Source: a virus
Lineage: Duplodnaviria; Caudoviricetes
Direction: 5' to 3' (one strand)
IMG/VR virus record: IMGVR_UViG_3300032285_002671
Location: 1-56,880 of that record
Length of the DNA: 56,880 bases
Shown piece by piece: positions 28,861 to 36,356 of the stretch. The notes below the pieces were generated by a model. That model was given only the letters and a program-made list of their open reading frames with translations. It was not told where the DNA came from and searched no databases. A program made the position numbers and the translations under genes. Numbering within the stretch: the stretch's first letter is position 1; each line of letters begins with the position of its first letter.

Positions 28861-29007
28861 TTACTCCAAATCTTTCTTAAAATTTATTTCCCACCATAAA
28901 ATATATAATCTTTTTTCATTTCCTTCATTCCATTTCCATTCATAATGAAATAAAAATGAGAATCCATGTGATTTCCAAATGTTTATATTCCAGTTTTTTA
29001 TTTTCAT
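28861..29007 (-). CDS. 48 aa Trp-rich peptide
   Basis: MKIKNWNINIWKSHGFSFLFHYEWKW...; follows tRNA-like element A. Confidence 0.5.
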   Translation of the reverse strand: MKIKNWNINIWKSHGFSFLFHYEWKWNEGNEKRLYILWWEINFKKDLE

Positions 29008-29020
29008 AGTTTTTAATTAG

Positions 29021-29098
29021 CAGTCAGGACAGGATTCGAACCTGCATGTGTGATACCCTCTGCCGAGAGACGCGATACTCCAATTACGCCACCTGACT
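29021..29098 (-). ncRNA. tRNA-like element A (non-canonical anticodon arm)
   Basis: AGTCAGG/CCTGACT acceptor, TGGCGTAATTGG D-arm, GCAGG-TTCGAAT-CCTGT T-arm; anticodon loop 4-6 nt; no CCA. Confidence 0.75.
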
Positions 29099-29104
29099 AT
29101 TTTG

Positions 29105-29200
29105 CTTTTCCGTTCACACCACCCCTTGGAGTTACAGTGACTGGTTGTTTTATACTAAGTAAATCTACCAGAGAAGCGTGTCTCGATTTACTAGTATCCG
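29105..29200 (-). ncRNA. candidate structured RNA 3
   Basis: ATACTAGTAAATC/GATTTACTTAGTAT helix, inner GAGA/TCTC, possible CTGGT/ACCAG pseudoknot; no ORF. Confidence 0.4.
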
Positions 29201-29202
29201 GG

Positions 29203-29323
29203 TAGTCAGGACAGGATTCGAACCTGTAACCAGTTTTCTAAGCTCTACGTGCAGGGTTTTCACTGCCTCGTACTGGTGTCTAATCGGACATACACAGCGT
29301 CTAACCAATTCCGCCACCTGACT
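29203..29323 (-). ncRNA. tRNA-like element B (121 nt, expanded centre)
   Basis: Same acceptor and T-arm; Leu-like D-arm TGGCGGAATTGGTTAGACGC; multi-hairpin centre. Confidence 0.75.
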
Positions 29324-29329
29324 AAGTTA

Positions 29330-29551
29330 TGAATCAATCAAAAGCACTTATTTTAAGTTCAGAAGGTCATCCATTTATTCCACACAATAATCTACAATTA
29401 GCAGTAATTTCATAAGAGATATTATCATGTTTTATGCTCGGACTTATACATGTTATCAGCCATTATAGAAGCAGGCCTATTATGAGTACTTACTAAAGGG
29501 TGGACTTCATTAGAGCCTAATCCCCAGTGGGTTTAACCAATGATTGATTCA
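29330..29551 (-). ncRNA. candidate structured RNA 2 (~220 nt)
   Basis: Perfect 11-bp terminal helix TGAATCAATCA/TGATTGATTCA; no ORF; flanked by tRNA-like elements. Confidence 0.55.
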
Positions 29552-29575
29552 ATATTTTTAAAGAACGTTTTTTTG

Positions 29576-29690
29576 TAGTCAGGACAGGACTTGAACCTGT
29601 AAACCTACTTCCCATCTTCGGTTTTTTAACTCTAATGTTTAGAATGGGTCAAACCACATTAGAGTACGTATACCATTCCGCCACCTGACT
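29576..29690 (-). ncRNA. tRNA-like element C (115 nt)
   Basis: Same acceptor; T-loop TTCAAGT; anticodon arm replaced by ACTCTAATGT/ACATTAGAGT long hairpin. Confidence 0.75.
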
Positions 29691-29695
29691 ATATT

Positions 29696-29944
29696 TTAAT
29701 ATTCATCCAACATGTTAAGTTGTTTTTTTGCCATTTTAGTATCTTCTTCAGGATTTGATTTTAGTCCCAAACTAATACTCTCACCATAACAAGAACAACT
29801 TGGATTACCTTCTTTATTAACTCCAAAAGAGATAAACCCGGCACGTACTGGATTAAAATCTTTGAATTCTGAGTGTTGTAATAATTCAGAGAACACAATA
29901 ATTAATCCTTTGTTTGTAATTACATATTTTTGTTTTAAGTACAT
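29696..29944 (-). CDS. 82 aa hypothetical phage protein
   Basis: IIVFS..QHS.F...AGFI...CYGES.SL; start moved to MYLKQK so as not to overlap element D. Confidence 0.7.
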   Translation of the reverse strand: MYLKQKYVITNKGLIIVFSELLQHSEFKDFNPVRAGFISFGVNKEGNPSCSCYGESISLGLKSNPEEDTKMAKKQLNMLDEY

Positions 29945-29966
29945 CTTTATTTTGCTATTTGTTTCG

Positions 29967-30041
29967 TAGTCAGGACAGGACTCGAACCTGCGACGCATAA
30001 GTTAAATCAATAACCCCGCTCTGCCACTGAGCTACCTGACT
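29967..30041 (-). ncRNA. tRNA-like element D (75 nt)
   Basis: Same acceptor; D-arm GCTC/GAGC; T-loop TTCGAGT; GGGTTA/TAACTT stem with 6-nt loop TTGATT. Confidence 0.7.
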
Positions 30042-30045
30042 GTTT

Positions 30046-30207
30046 TTATTTCTTTTTAAAGATATAACCTTCATAGGTTTTATCCCATACCCATCTAGTT
30101 CTACAAGTCCATACCCAAACTTGTAATCTCCACCAACGTCTTAACTTAACATGCCATGGATCTTTTTCCATTTCATCCATCAATTGTTGAACAACTTTAT
30201 TTCTCAT
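30046..30207 (-). CDS. 53 aa Trp/Arg-rich peptide
   Basis: MRNKVVQQ...WWRLQVWVW; start moved downstream of element E. Confidence 0.55.
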   Translation of the reverse strand: MRNKVVQQLMDEMEKDPWHVKLRRWWRLQVWVWTCRTRWVWDKTYEGYIFKKK

Positions 30208-30221
30208 AACATTGTGTTTAG

Positions 30222-30303
30222 TAGTCAGGACAGGTACTGCCCCTGTGTTAGTATTCATTATATTCCTAACTCCCCCACTCGTGGGAACGCTTGTTACCTG
30301 ATT
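30222..30303 (-). ncRNA. tRNA-like element E (no D-stem, GGCAGTA T-loop)
   Basis: AATCAGG/CCTGACT acceptor; ACAGG-GGCAGTA-CCTGT; two internal hairpins. Confidence 0.6.
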
Positions 30304-30530
30304 ATTTGAGGATGAGAAGTCCTCCGTGTTGTATAGTTACAATAGTATCGCTTATGTACCATACGGTAGCTCTATCTGCCTCAATTCCTTTCTCAATGGA
30401 ACAACACTTGCAACTTTTGAATACCCCCAGAGTTGCCAACTGTGCTAACCTACGCTTTAGCTGATTACTTTGAGCATTGTCAAGAGGCTTATCAGGTCTT
30501 CGTTCCATACTCGTGCACAAGTAGAGGACT
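30304..30530 (-). ncRNA. candidate structured RNA 1 with kissing-loop pseudoknot
   Basis: Helices GTGTTG/CAACAC, GCAACT/AGTTGC, CTGAT/ATCAG; complementary loops TGAGAA and TTCTCA. Confidence 0.6.
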
Positions 30531-30576
30531 AATATTTTTTATAATTAACATCTTTTTATTTATTAATTTTATAATA

Positions 30577-30608
30577 TAAATATAAGATGAATATTTTATA
30601 AAGCCAAA
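30577..30608 (-). promoter_or_regulatory. promoter driving tRNA-like/ncRNA operon
   Basis: TTTG-N20-TATATTTA with no plausible protein start downstream. Confidence 0.75.
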
Positions 30609-30612
30609 TCTA

Positions 30613-30879
30613 TTATTTTTTAGATAAATAAGTTAAAGTACTTATATCCTCTTGAGTTAATGACCTCTTATTACCCCATATTGTAGTAAGAATATCTAAT
30701 AATTCTGTTTCATTATGTGTTTGAGGATTTCCATTAAATAATTCAAACTCTTTAACTTCAATAGGTACATAACCTTCATCGTATAATTCATCAACTAATT
30801 CTTGTTTATCACTTGATGACAACCCCCAAAGTACATCATCTATGTCTACATCTACTGATACTGATACTGATCCTCTCAT
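30613..30879 (-). CDS. hypothetical protein
   Basis: 88 aa ORF. Confidence 0.65.
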   Translation of the reverse strand: MRGSVSVSVDVDIDDVLWGLSSSDKQELVDELYDEGYVPIEVKEFELFNGNPQTHNETELLDILTTIWGNKRSLTQEDISTLTYLSKK

Positions 30880-30881
30880 AT

Positions 30882-31394
30882 TTAAAATTTAATTAAGTTT
30901 CCACATTTAATTTCTTTAATACCATCTATTTTTATAGTTCTAACTACAACATCATAATCTAGACCTTGATTGGTATTTTTACTTGGTTTTGATTTGAATT
31001 TATTAATTGTATCAATTTGTTCTGATGTAGCCTCAATACCGTCAATTAAATATTTTTCTACTTTAGCATCATTACAAGCGAAAAGTAAATATTTACAATT
31101 AGTATCTGACTTTTTAGCTACAATTGAACCATTAAAACCATCATTTACTTTTACAAACCAATTTTCTTTAGATTGGAAATTTGCTTCTTTTCCTTCTCTA
31201 GTTCTAGCATTATTAACCATGTTTTGGTAATTAGCATTTAATAATACTCTATAATTAACTATTTTAGTTACAATACAATCCTTAAGTGGATTATTTGTTT
31301 TGAGTAGTTTTTGTTCTACTTCAGCTAATACTCTAGCTGCTTTAGCTCTACCTCCATCGTTAATTAATTTGGTAATAACTTCTAATTTATCCAT
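30882..31394 (-). CDS. hypothetical protein
   Basis: 170 aa; promoter 31422-31453. Confidence 0.7.
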   Translation of the reverse strand: MDKLEVITKLINDGGRAKAARVLAEVEQKLLKTNNPLKDCIVTKIVNYRVLLNANYQNMVNNARTREGKEANFQSKENWFVKVNDGFNGSIVAKKSDTNCKYLLFACNDAKVEKYLIDGIEATSEQIDTINKFKSKPSKNTNQGLDYDVVVRTIKIDGIKEIKCGNLIKF

Positions 31395-31440
31395 AACCTT
31401 TTATTTATTAATTTTATAATATAAATATAAGATGAATTTT

Positions 31441-32157
31441 TTAATTCTCCAAATCTATTATTTTATTTTCTAAACTTAGAATTGCATATTTCCATTTAAA
31501 ACCACCTGCTGTTTTTTGTTTTCCTAAACAACAAGCACGAATATCTCCTTTTATTTTTTTATTTATTTCTTTAATAGAAACCCATTCTTGAATAAATTCA
31601 TCTTGTAAATTATATTGAAGGACAGGTTTGGTAGATTTAACCCAAGATTTTCTATTTTTAATACTTATTTTAAGATTTTCTATATGTTGAGAGCTAAATA
31701 TTTTACCTTTTTTAGTTCTACTCATTTTTTCTTTAACTTCTTCTGAGAATTTAGTACCTTTATTTCTACTAATACCCTTGTTTGACTGGCTTATTTTTTG
31801 TCTTAATTCAGGAGTCATAAAATTTTTAGGTTTGGATTTATTTTTAATTTTTAATACCCAATCTATTTTAATTTTTTCATATGTTCTATTTGATATTATA
31901 TATCGGTTGTTTTTATTTTTTTGTTTTCCAATAGACATCAAAAATAAAGCATACCATAACTTTTCATTATTAGGATAAATTTCTGTTAATAATCGGTGAC
32001 ATAGAAAATGCTCTCTTGCTGTTAATTCTACTAAATTTATTTTATCATTATTACCTCCCATACAACGAGGAATAATATGATGTTTTTCTTTATATCCTTC
32101 TAATTGACGTGATTTAGCTCTTTCTATAATTTGATTATAAATTTTTTGATAGTTCAT
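31441..32157 (-). CDS. HNH homing endonuclease with NUMOD3/NUMOD1 domains
   Basis: EKHHIIPRCMGG...NLVELTAREHFLCHRLL; KTAGGFKWKY. Confidence 0.9.
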   Translation of the reverse strand: MNYQKIYNQIIERAKSRQLEGYKEKHHIIPRCMGGNNDKINLVELTAREHFLCHRLLTEIYPNNEKLWYALFLMSIGKQKNKNNRYIISNRTYEKIKIDWVLKIKNKSKPKNFMTPELRQKISQSNKGISRNKGTKFSEEVKEKMSRTKKGKIFSSQHIENLKISIKNRKSWVKSTKPVLQYNLQDEFIQEWVSIKEINKKIKGDIRACCLGKQKTAGGFKWKYAILSLENKIIDLEN

Positions 32158-32231
32158 AATTTATTATTTCTAATAAATATATGATTTCCTATAAAATCTA
32201 ACCTATATTAAATATTTGCAATTTAGATTAG

Positions 32232-33329
32232 TTATTCAATGGAATTTCTATCTATTAATATAACTTTAGGAAAACGAGGTACCGGTATTTCTGTGGTTGT
32301 TAAACCAAAATATCGTACTGTTGCTTCAAGTCCAATAAGACTTTCTTTTTTTAACCATAATTCTTCTAAATATGAATGTTCTCCATTTACTGCTGATTCA
32401 AAATTATCAAATACTAATTTACCTACTTTTCCTGATAATTTTCCTACTCCTTCTTTAACATCTCGAATTATAAACTCAGCATCATCAAAAACTTTATTTT
32501 TTAATAAAAAATTTGAGCGTTTATTTTCATATTTCCCATCTAATATTCTTATTATTTGTCCTTCAAATCCTTCAGATATGTATTTATCATGATAAATTTG
32601 AATTTCATTTTCATTATATATTAAATCTATATTTGATATAACACATGTATCAGGAAATTCTTTATTATCATACATTTCTTTTAAAGAATTATATCTAGAT
32701 TGAAATATTTCATTACTAGACGCTATATCATATATAAAATATTTAATGTATTCTTTAGACTCAACTAAATCCTGAGGTTCAGGTTTTAATTTACGGACAC
32801 AACTTATAATTTTATTAAAATCAAACTCTTTATCCGTGTAAAGTTCTCCATCTAAAATAATATCAGGATGTTTTTCAAAAAACGATTCAAGTGATTTTAA
32901 TATATGAGGAGCAGATAGAAGTTCTTTACCGTTTCTACTAAACATACCTCCTGAATGTATGATACATCTAACACCATCATATTTTTTCTGAGATGCTACT
33001 GGGTATTTTATTTTATCTTTATAATCTTCCCATTTTTTAGCTAACATTGGTTTGAAATAAATTGGTGTATCAATTTCACTAATACTTTCAAACGAACCTG
33101 TTTCCATTCGTTTACGATGCATAGCTGTTGCTTCGGCTAATGCTTGTTGTTCTGCTGTAGTAGCGTTTTTCTTACCTACATTTTTTGCTTCGCAACACGT
33201 CCATTCAGATACTACTTTAAGACCATCAGTGTAACCTGATATTGTTCTGAAGCATGCTCCTTCAATTTCAATTTCCCATTGAAGTATTTTTTTATTAACA
33301 CTTCGTTTATATAATGTTTTTAATTTCAT
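32232..33329 (-). CDS. ATP-dependent DNA ligase
   Basis: KPMLA, KYDGVR, DGELY, EGQIIR, RS..LLK, PRFP; promoter 33350-33381. Confidence 0.9.
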   Translation of the reverse strand: MKLKTLYKRSVNKKILQWEIEIEGACFRTISGYTDGLKVVSEWTCCEAKNVGKKNATTAEQQALAEATAMHRKRMETGSFESISEIDTPIYFKPMLAKKWEDYKDKIKYPVASQKKYDGVRCIIHSGGMFSRNGKELLSAPHILKSLESFFEKHPDIILDGELYTDKEFDFNKIISCVRKLKPEPQDLVESKEYIKYFIYDIASSNEIFQSRYNSLKEMYDNKEFPDTCVISNIDLIYNENEIQIYHDKYISEGFEGQIIRILDGKYENKRSNFLLKNKVFDDAEFIIRDVKEGVGKLSGKVGKLVFDNFESAVNGEHSYLEELWLKKESLIGLEATVRYFGLTTTEIPVPRFPKVILIDRNSIE

Positions 33330-33384
33330 AACCTTTTAATTTTATAATATAAAAATAAGGAGAATATTTTATGGAGCCAAATCT

Positions 33385-33477
33385 TTATAATAAAGAAGCA
33401 TTTGTAAGGATAGATGCTAAAGTTATAATTAGTACAATTAAAACTGTTGAAATGATAATGATGTCTTTTTTATTCAT
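33385..33477 (-). CDS. 30 aa membrane peptide
   Basis: MNKKDIIIISTVLIVLIITLASILTNASLL; own promoter 33500-33531. Confidence 0.5.
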   Translation of the reverse strand: MNKKDIIIISTVLIVLIITLASILTNASLL

Positions 33478-33527
33478 AATATATTAGTTAATTATTGTTT
33501 AAATATAAGAAAGATTATTTTGATAAC

Positions 33528-34313
33528 CTAACTAATTTTATATCTCCAAATAAAATTACCTGCTGTTTTGCTAACTCCTCTAGCACAATTTTCAATAGAA
33601 CTTCTACTAATGTTGGTATTTATAGAAGCTTCATAAATACTATCCCATTCTTTTAATGAAATAAAATCAGAATTATATTGAATAACTTTTTTATATTTGA
33701 TATTTCGACTCCCTGGTGGAAATTTTTTTCCTTTATTATGGTTAGTATATCCTAATTTTCTACCTGATTTATTATATGTTACTTTATTTATTATTTTATT
33801 TGAATCTATATATTTCCAGTTAAACCCACCAGATGATTTTGTTTCTTCTCTAGCGCAACTTTCAATACCGCCCTTATTTATTTGTAAATATTTACTTGCT
33901 TCTGTAGGTGAATTAAAAGTTTTAATATATTCTCCTTGTAAAGTATATTGTTCTATTTGTTTTCTATTATCAAATCTTTCTTTACTTTGTATAGAATGTA
34001 TTTTATTCTTGAAATTTTCATATATTCTAGAACTAGTAGCATGTCGTTTTTGATTTCCTAATCCATTAATCATACACCACATAGCATAATACATTTTATT
34101 TTCTTGAGGTGTTCCTTTATATATTTCAACTAATAATCTATGACATATATAATGTTCTTTAGGTGTCAATAATACTAAATTATGTTTATTGTTTGAACCT
34201 CCTAAACTTTTAGGAATAATATGATGTTTTTCAAATAGTATTCCTTTATTCTTTTTTCTATTTAATTTTTGAGTATTACTTATAATACTGTTGTAAATTT
34301 TTTGATAATCCAT
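33528..34313 (-). CDS. HNH homing endonuclease with two NUMOD1 domains
   Basis: EKHHIIPKSLGG..NLVLLTPKEHYICHRLL; repeated IEQY..S..EA..IE.CAR..GF.W.Y. Confidence 0.9.
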   Translation of the reverse strand: MDYQKIYNSIISNTQKLNRKKNKGILFEKHHIIPKSLGGSNNKHNLVLLTPKEHYICHRLLVEIYKGTPQENKMYYAMWCMINGLGNQKRHATSSRIYENFKNKIHSIQSKERFDNRKQIEQYTLQGEYIKTFNSPTEASKYLQINKGGIESCAREETKSSGGFNWKYIDSNKIINKVTYNKSGRKLGYTNHNKGKKFPPGSRNIKYKKVIQYNSDFISLKEWDSIYEASINTNISRSSIENCARGVSKTAGNFIWRYKIS

Positions 34314-34394
34314 AATATTTTATTTACTATAAATACCATAAATTATCAAAATATTTATATTCTTAACCCATAATATTAAATATTCCTATTAAGT

Positions 34395-34814
34395 TTAGTT
34401 AGTTATAATAAAAGGTACAACCCAACGAGCACAGTTTTGTGGTAAACGATGAATGTGTCTGTAGTTATTAATCCATGCCATCATATTAGCACTTCCAACA
34501 GCGTTAGCTGAATGAACCATTACAAGACAAACCGGTGCTCCATTTAACCATTGTTCAACTAACCATTTAGTACAATCCATTCCTGTTTTTTCAGTTATGT
34601 TATTATAATCTAATGTGTAATTATGGTATACATTTGTGTGCCATTCTTGCATAGCTGAATCACCTAAATCGTGGTCTAATGAGATTAACTCAATATTTTC
34701 TAAGCCAATTTCAGTTATTTTATTTACGAACTCATCATAATTACGAACTACAATCCAATCACCTGCTTCTGGTTTTGGTGTTCTTAAATCATCTAAATAT
34801 ATTTTTTGTTTCAT
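34395..34814 (-). CDS. cyclic-phosphate-processing receiver-like domain protein
   Basis: IYLDDLR, ISLDHDLG, TGMD, VHSAN.VG. Confidence 0.75.
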   Translation of the reverse strand: MKQKIYLDDLRTPKPEAGDWIVVRNYDEFVNKITEIGLENIELISLDHDLGDSAMQEWHTNVYHNYTLDYNNITEKTGMDCTKWLVEQWLNGAPVCLVMVHSANAVGSANMMAWINNYRHIHRLPQNCARWVVPFIITN

Positions 34815-34815
34815 A

Positions 34816-35211
34816 TTATTTTCTTTTATCTGTTACTACAACCCAAGTTTTATAATTATCTAAATATACAATATCCGCTTTAAATCTTGATGTATAAAAA
34901 AATCCATCTGAGTATTTTACATAATCGTTTGACCTTAAAGCATCTTCTAATATTTTATATGTTGCTCCTTCTATAGTATAAACATAACGAACACAATTAT
35001 TATAATCATCAAAATAATAGATACGCATTTGATTATGTGTTGTTGCTGTTAAGCATTTAGTTCCATTATCTGTTCTATCTATATTAATAGAATATCCTTT
35101 TAGATTCATTTCATCTCTAATATCATAAAATGAGAATCCAAGAAAATTTTGAGCGTTTGATTTCGTTACCATCGTCCCGATGATAAGGAGTAGAAATATT
35201 AGTTTTTTCAT
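34816..35211 (-). CDS. secreted hypothetical protein
   Basis: Signal peptide ending SNA-Q. Confidence 0.6.
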   Translation of the reverse strand: MKKLIFLLLIIGTMVTKSNAQNFLGFSFYDIRDEMNLKGYSINIDRTDNGTKCLTATTHNQMRIYYFDDYNNCVRYVYTIEGATYKILEDALRSNDYVKYSDGFFYTSRFKADIVYLDNYKTWVVVTDKRK

Positions 35212-35216
35212 TGTTT

Positions 35217-35603
35217 TTATTTTACGTCTTCTACTTCAATAGATTGAATTAATGCTTTATTATCCCAAGCTAAATGTAAGTAAATATATCTTATAACATT
35301 ATCATTTTTATCAACTTGTGAACATGTGATCATTCGTCCATAATTATTTTCAGATACAAATCTAATGTGTAAATCCTTATCAAAGTATCTTTCTAATTTA
35401 TGTTGAGCATCTCGTTTATGTAATGCTGATTCCTTAATATGGTTTCCTATAATAACAAAATGTACATATGATTCCATGTGGTGTTCTAAATGAAATCTGG
35501 ATAATGCACTTACATATGGCTTTACATCAACATACGAATACTCTTTATCTTGTCCTAATGACAAAAAAGGTAATAATAAAAATAGTAATATAATTTTTTT
35601 CAT
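35217..35603 (-). CDS. secreted hypothetical protein
   Basis: Signal peptide ending SLG-Q. Confidence 0.6.
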   Translation of the reverse strand: MKKIILLFLLLPFLSLGQDKEYSYVDVKPYVSALSRFHLEHHMESYVHFVIIGNHIKESALHKRDAQHKLERYFDKDLHIRFVSENNYGRMITCSQVDKNDNVIRYIYLHLAWDNKALIQSIEVEDVK

Positions 35604-35606
35604 AAT

Positions 35607-36314
35607 TTAAAAACTTGAACTTCCTTTTTTATTTCCACCACTACCATCTATTTTTTCTTCATGATGATCTTCAGGTAATGTTAATTTAGCAATTGGTTGC
35701 TTACTCATTATATTGATAATTTCAGTTATTGAATATGGTTGTATTTTATTTCCATCTACACCCACATCCATTGCCTTACCTTTAGATAATTTCTTATCTG
35801 AAGGTAAGTGGACGTGTCCATGTAAATGGATAACACCATCATTCATATTATGCCAACTAGCAATTGGATAATGCATTAATACAAAATCAAAATCTCCTTT
35901 ATATATTGGTGTACCCGGATTAATTGATACTGATAATCTTAAATACTCATTTACTGAACTAAATAAGCGTTGTATATTATCTCTATTACGTTCAATATGA
36001 TGATCGTGGTTACCTAATATTAGGTGAATGTTTTTACAATATATTCTATTTCTAAACTCTTCAATATTTTCAAACCCACCAAATGACCAATCACCCAAAT
36101 GAAATAATATATCATCCTCACCAACTATACTATTAATAGATTCAACAATATAATCATTCATATGATCTAGAGATTTAAAATCTCTTGTATTATATGTTGG
36201 AATATCACCATTAGCATCTCTCCACTTAGTTGTACTACGACATATATTACTATGTCCATAGTGTGTATCTGAAGTAAAATATACTCTTTGATTTGGTGTT
36301 ATTTTAATTTTCAT
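35607..36314 (-). CDS. calcineurin-like metallophosphoesterase
   Basis: SDTHYGH, LGD, GNHD, HYP, HGHVH; promoter 36319-36350. Confidence 0.9.
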   Translation of the reverse strand: MKIKITPNQRVYFTSDTHYGHSNICRSTTKWRDANGDIPTYNTRDFKSLDHMNDYIVESINSIVGEDDILFHLGDWSFGGFENIEEFRNRIYCKNIHLILGNHDHHIERNRDNIQRLFSSVNEYLRLSVSINPGTPIYKGDFDFVLMHYPIASWHNMNDGVIHLHGHVHLPSDKKLSKGKAMDVGVDGNKIQPYSITEIINIMSKQPIAKLTLPEDHHEEKIDGSGGNKKGSSSF

Positions 36315-36356
36315 AATATAAAGATAAAATAAAATTTTTAAATAGCCAAATCTATT

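Larger units (their letters stand above)
19784..28870 (-). repeat. array of about 23 dispersed ~45-bp promoter repeats (GATTTGG-N19-TAnnWTTATATTATAAA)
   Basis: -33 boxes (plus-strand CAAA/CTAA) end at 19815, 20152, 20543, 20811, 21509, 21645 (half site), 22004, 22337, 22751, 23006, 23434, 23828, 24296, 24738, 25200, 25540, 25996, 26505, 27185, 27438, 27739, 27917, 28870. Confidence 0.9.

Noticed and set aside
19784-28870. CRISPR array interpretation of the regular ~45-bp repeats
   Set aside because: Intervals are 100-950 bp and contain ORFs; repeats match promoter consensus; no cas genes
29021-30303. Canonical tRNA gene cluster (e.g. Ile-GAT for element D)
   Set aside because: No element gives a 5-bp stem with a 7-nt loop; identical acceptor stems with unrelated centres do not fit distinct isoacceptors
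30480-30500. Hammerhead ribozyme suggested by CTGATAAG
   Set aside because: Core CUGANGA and GAAA with three flanking stems cannot be assembled
30302-30520. 72-aa ORF from the track
   Set aside because: Non-ATG start, no A-rich leader, and it coincides with a densely base-paired region better explained as ncRNA
30222-30530. tmRNA
   Set aside because: No G3-U70 pair, no GGGG 5' end and no recognisable tag peptide
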